From the NCBI RefSeq assembly GCF_000143415.4, contig NW_003314283.1, positions 258,752 through 322,751 on the forward strand: DNA of 64,000 nucleotides. Direction: 5' to 3'. This stretch comes from Selaginella moellendorffii. Taxonomy: Eukaryota > Plantae > Lycopodiophyta. The translations under genes and the position numbers were made by a program. Shown one piece after another: positions 62,455-64,000 of this stretch. The number at the start of each line of letters is the position of its first letter. Position 1 is the stretch's first letter. A model generated the notes under the pieces. It did no database searches. It saw only the letters and a list, made by a program, of their open reading frames with translations, and was not told the origin of the DNA.

Positions 62455-64000
62455 TGTAAGCGACTAAATTTTTCTATTCTACTTTAGTCACTTTAACCAC
62501 ACCTCTGACCATTTGGAGGAGTCTCATTCACAACCTCCATAAGTCCCACTCAGGACTTGCTAGCCCCAAGAATGACATCCATGCCACTCAACCTTTGCAC
62601 TTGGTCCTAGTGCTCCACGTGTCCGGTCCCATGACCGACACCCCAAGGTACCACTGACATATCAGCCTGTTATGCTAAGGCCATGCCCCTTTACCTTGGT
62701 CACACTGGTGGTCTAACACCACCTGCATCACAATCCTATCTCTCAAGGACTGGGCCATCCGTCCATGAGTGATCATTCCATATCCACTCCTTAGCATCCT
62801 TAGGATGCCCACAGGCGTGGGGAATAGCCTTCCCCAATATCCCTTTTCCAGTCTTCACCAAGTCCCTTTCTGCCCATGGCCGTGTTCGCCAACACTGCCA
62901 CTGGATCGAGGCCCACAGGCTTGACCACTAAGTCCCACGGTCCTCTGGGACTTCCTCACCACTCGACTGTATCCTTGGTCACTACACCAGAGGACTACTC
63001 TTCCTTTCCACAGTCTGGGCCTTTGGGACAACATTTCAAAACACCGTGGTCCTACGCGGGCCTCATAGGTACTCTCCGCGCCTTCCGCCTTTGGGTGCTC
63101 TAGCCATGGGCTTAGAGCGAGGTTCCGTTGAGCCACACCAGGTATCCAAGTAAGTAGTGCCACCCATACTTGGACTGGGAGCATCGACCATTCGATCTCC
63201 CGGGGGAACTAGAGCCGGCTCTTGAACACTTCACCAAGCTACCCCACTTGTTGGTCCGTATTCACTCTAGTCTTGGACTTCCCAGTGGTCAGTTCATCAC
63301 CCAACACTGGGATGGCCTTCCTGGGCCAAACTGGCCTTTCCTGGGCCGAACTGGCCCTTCCTGGCCAAACTGGCTCCACTGGGCTCCAACCCCCACACTC
63401 TCCTTACTATACTTTTGGAACCCCCCGCAGCCCCCCCCCCCCTGGGGGACGATTGCTTTGGGCTTTCACCCAACTGCCTGTATTAGTATTCGGACTCGGT
63501 CTCGGGCTCAAACTCGGACTCGGACTCGGTCTCGGTCCCGGTTTCGGACTCGGACTTGGTCTCGGTCTCGGTCTTGGCCTCGGTCTCGGTCTCGGTCTCG
63601 GTTCCATCTTGGACTCCATCTCAGACTCCATCTCGGGTCCATCTCGGACTCCATTTCAGACTCCATCTCGGACTCCATCTCGGGTCCATCTCGGACTCCA
63701 TCTCGAACTCCATCTCGGGTCCATCTCGGACTCCATCTCGAACTCCACCTCAGACTCCAACTCGGGTCCATCTCGGACTCCATCTCAGACTCCACCTCGG
63801 ACTCCAACTCGGGTCCATCTCAGACTCCATCTCGGACACTTTCACGTGTCATGTGTTGGTCCTTTTGGGTCCCTTTTTGAAGCCTCGCTTATTGCTCGCT
63901 TCATGCTCATTCCTTGAGCACTCCATTGGGAGTTCCACTCCCGCTCTCAACCTTTCAAGCCGGAGCCTTTTAGTCCAAACGTGTTACGCTCGTTTAGCTT
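62455..64000 (-). mobile_element. Second LTR of the same family in opposite orientation, running off the window
   Basis: Reverse-complement similarity to ~58148-59676 along its whole length; ends ..GCTTACA on the minus strand at 62455 with no PBS after it. Confidence 0.75.

Overview
Eukaryotic plant genomic DNA: compact genes with many ~50-60 bp GT-AG introns, most consistent with a lycophyte such as Selaginella (inferred, not searched). Host genes: 3' end of an LdpA-like Fe-S gene, a cationic amino-acid transporter, a DUF1350 gene, ORC1, an intronless CDPK-like kinase, a myosin-TH1-domain gene with a kinase remnant, PSMD5, and two Crinkler-like NTPase+nuclease genes. Two inverted segmental duplications with pseudogenised copies and several decayed LTR retroelements are also present. 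The main discovery is a 13.2-kb DNA transposon (37407-50585) with 24-bp TIRs and a 4-bp TGGT target-site duplication. It carries a DUF7869/Sola-like DDE transposase and a divergent multi-exon gene fusing a ParB-like domain, a degenerate N4/N6 DNA-methyltransferase-like domain and an FCP1-type phosphatase. About 24 copies of a 22-bp palindrome (ATGGCRTG-N6-CAYGCCAT) lie along the element, suggesting a ParB/parS-like system in a plant transposon. All domain calls come from motif recognition by eye; no database searches were run.
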